This document shows, one piece after another, positions 61,900-64,000 of a stretch of DNA of 64,000 nucleotides. Within the stretch, counting starts at the first letter, position 1. The number at the start of each line of letters is the position of its first letter. A model generated the notes under the pieces. That model saw nothing but the letters and a program-made list of their open reading frames with translations, made no database searches and was not told the origin of the DNA. Source of the DNA: Anthoceros angustus (Eukaryota; Plantae; Anthocerotophyta); contig MU008155.1 of assembly GCA_010909165.1 (NCBI GenBank), forward strand, positions 1,116,001 through 1,180,000, written 5' to 3'. The position numbers were made by a program, and so were the translations under genes.

Positions 61900-63638
61900 G
61901 GATGAGGCGGGGTTCTACATCAACAAGTTCAAGCTTCATCTGGCTGGTGAGAACAACGTTAACATTTGCAGCATCGCCGTGGGCCCTCTTACTGCCGACA
62001 CTGCCTGCTGGATTGACTGCAGACAGAATGATAACCGATTAATCACCTTGCTCTAATAGCCGCCATTACCATGAAACATTTTCGGAGGCAGTATGGGGAT
62101 CAGCTGACAGCGGGGGAGGTAAGTTCCCAGTTTCAATCCGTCATCACCAATGGGTGCTTGAATGCCTGAATCCTAACACTGTCCTCACGACATGACCATG
62201 GTCACGACATGGGACACATGCGCAAGTCCAACGGTGCCTCATAATGCCTGCGATTTGGGACGACAAAGACAAGCAGAGGATGAAGGGTTGCGCCCAAAAG
62301 GCTGCCTGTTGGGGTATTCGGACCAAAAGTGTTTGGTCCCAGTACCGCAACAGACATGGACGCAAGTCCGCACCCGCTTCGTATCACCTTGGAGCCGGAG
62401 GCAGCTGCCATGTACTGCTGGGTTAAGGCCAGACACTTAGGAGCTGAAGCTGGATGATCAAATTTCTCATCGCAGATATTGGTGGAGGTAAGTTCCAGGA
62501 CCTGCACTTCCACCGCTACCCAAGATTATTCCCAAATCAGTCCGGTTTATTGTAGAACATGTGACACCTGTTTCAAAACAAATTCCTCCTGACACTTTGG
62601 TTTAGGATACCACGTGCTCTCAAGCTTGAATAGTCTACTTACGCTCCATCCCAAGTTGAAACTGTGGATTGCACGGACAGTGGACATTGTGATCTATGCC
62701 AAAGGCCAGTGTAGACCCTCGAGAGTTGAAAGTAAGAGAAGTACAGGCCAGCTCTGGGGGCTTGTGTGGTGGTATGCAGGGCAGGTGGCAAGAAATCAAG
62801 AGCACATTCGATGGTCATGAAGACGTCGTATATGAGCTGGATTTACCCTCCAGGCTTTCCAGGGAATGGGAGTGGCACGACGAGCTTAACAACGTTAAGC
62901 CTAGGAGCATGGGTTGCGAGGAAATAACTCTGTCGGCAGCTGACATCAAGGGTATATTTGATCCTATTGTCAATGAGATCATCCGTCTCATACAACACGG
63001 TATGACAGCACAAGTGCAAGTCATGATGGTCGTCGGTGGTTCTCGGCCTCCCCAAATATGGATTTGATGTCCAGGATTGAGGAAACATTTGCGACGAGGG
63101 TGCAGAAAATTATCAACCCATCTGAGCCAGGATGTGCAATATTTCATGGTGCTGTTCTGATGAGGCTTGCGCCTACTAGTAGCATTATCTCTAGCATCGC
63201 TGTAAGAGTTACGGAATTAGTGCTCGTCGGGAGTTCCGGCCATCAACAGATACGGCTGACAAACTAATCTTTGTTGATGGGGACGCCATGTGTAAGGATG
63301 TGTTCGGCCTGTATGTTCGGAAAGGAATGGAGATGGGAATTGATCATCGTGAGAGCCACATCTACACTCCAGCTTCTCGTCGCGTGAGGCGGATGAGTAT
63401 TGGAATCTACAGCTGCTGCTCAGACGTGAAGCCGGAATATATCACAGGTGTAGGAATGGCTCGCGAAGGGCGTTTTGTCATGGATATAACCGATGGGCTG
63501 GAATTAGATCTTCTCCCACGGATTCGCGTGTCCATGTATTTTGGCCGGTCGTCCATAGAAGTCCAAGCGCAGAGGGAAAATTTTGGTGACACAGAGCTTG
63601 TGGAATCACTTCACATGCATCTTGATCATGATGTATGA
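61900..63638 (+). pseudogene. Tandem HSPA12-type paralogue, 5'-truncated with frameshifts and a deletion
   Basis: [85 protein letters not shown]. Confidence 0.85.
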
Positions 63639-64000
63639 AATGGTGTTCCGCGTGTCAAGTGAGAATGCTCCCGAGATGCACCATGCACCGGTGATCCTCT
63701 TCGAAACGAAACTTACTTTGCAGAGTCTATGTAGGTATGCCGTGTGTTTCGGCCTCGAGATGTAGCATCCAGTGATGCCTGGTTCAGACAGCGAACTTTT
63801 CAGCTTCTACGCGCTTGCCATTCAACGGCCATCTTTGCTACTGCAGGATGAAGAGAATGAGCTGCGGGAATTGTGTACCCTAATACGAATTGGCCGTAAA
63901 ACCCTCACTCTGTTTGATGCCAGGTGTAACTTGTAACGCATTCCTACGCTCGCCGTGAAAGGGTTCACAATTATTCTCACACTCCTCACGGTCAGTGTGA

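Noticed and set aside
61383-63750. 21-bp direct repeat ATGTAGGTATGCCGTGTGTTTC at ~61384 and ~63729 as a TSD
   Set aside because: Too long for a TSD; better explained as residual 3'-flank homology from the HSPA12 tandem duplication.

Overview
Eukaryotic land-plant genomic DNA, probably from a seed-free plant (inference from short introns, ~50% GC and gene content). It holds three apparently intact genes: a 4-exon YUCCA flavin monooxygenase (-), a 2-exon coiled-coil GIL1/IRKI-like gene (+) and a 4-exon HSPA12-type Hsp70 (+). Pseudogene fragments of legumin-like cupins, GIL1-like and HSPA12-like genes lie in a roughly mirror-image arrangement either side of a ~33 kb transposon block. The window opens inside a CACTA element ending at 9842. 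The central block is a nest resolved by target-site duplications (TSDs): Copia A is split by Copia B (24771-49834, TSD CCATT). Copia B contains Copia C (26122-32097, TSD TACTC) and, inside its 3' LTR, an 11.56 kb terminal-inverted-repeat (TIR) DNA transposon (38190-49749, 33-bp TIRs, 4-bp TSD AACA) with a Sola-like DDE transposase. The top finding is that this transposon also carries, on the opposite strand, an intron-containing gene encoding a ParB/Srx-like domain followed by a prokaryote-type beta-class N6A/N4C DNA methyltransferase domain. Many transposon frameshifts and tandem duplications look like long-read consensus errors, so these ORFs may be intact in vivo. All protein assignments come from motif recognition by eye, not database searches.
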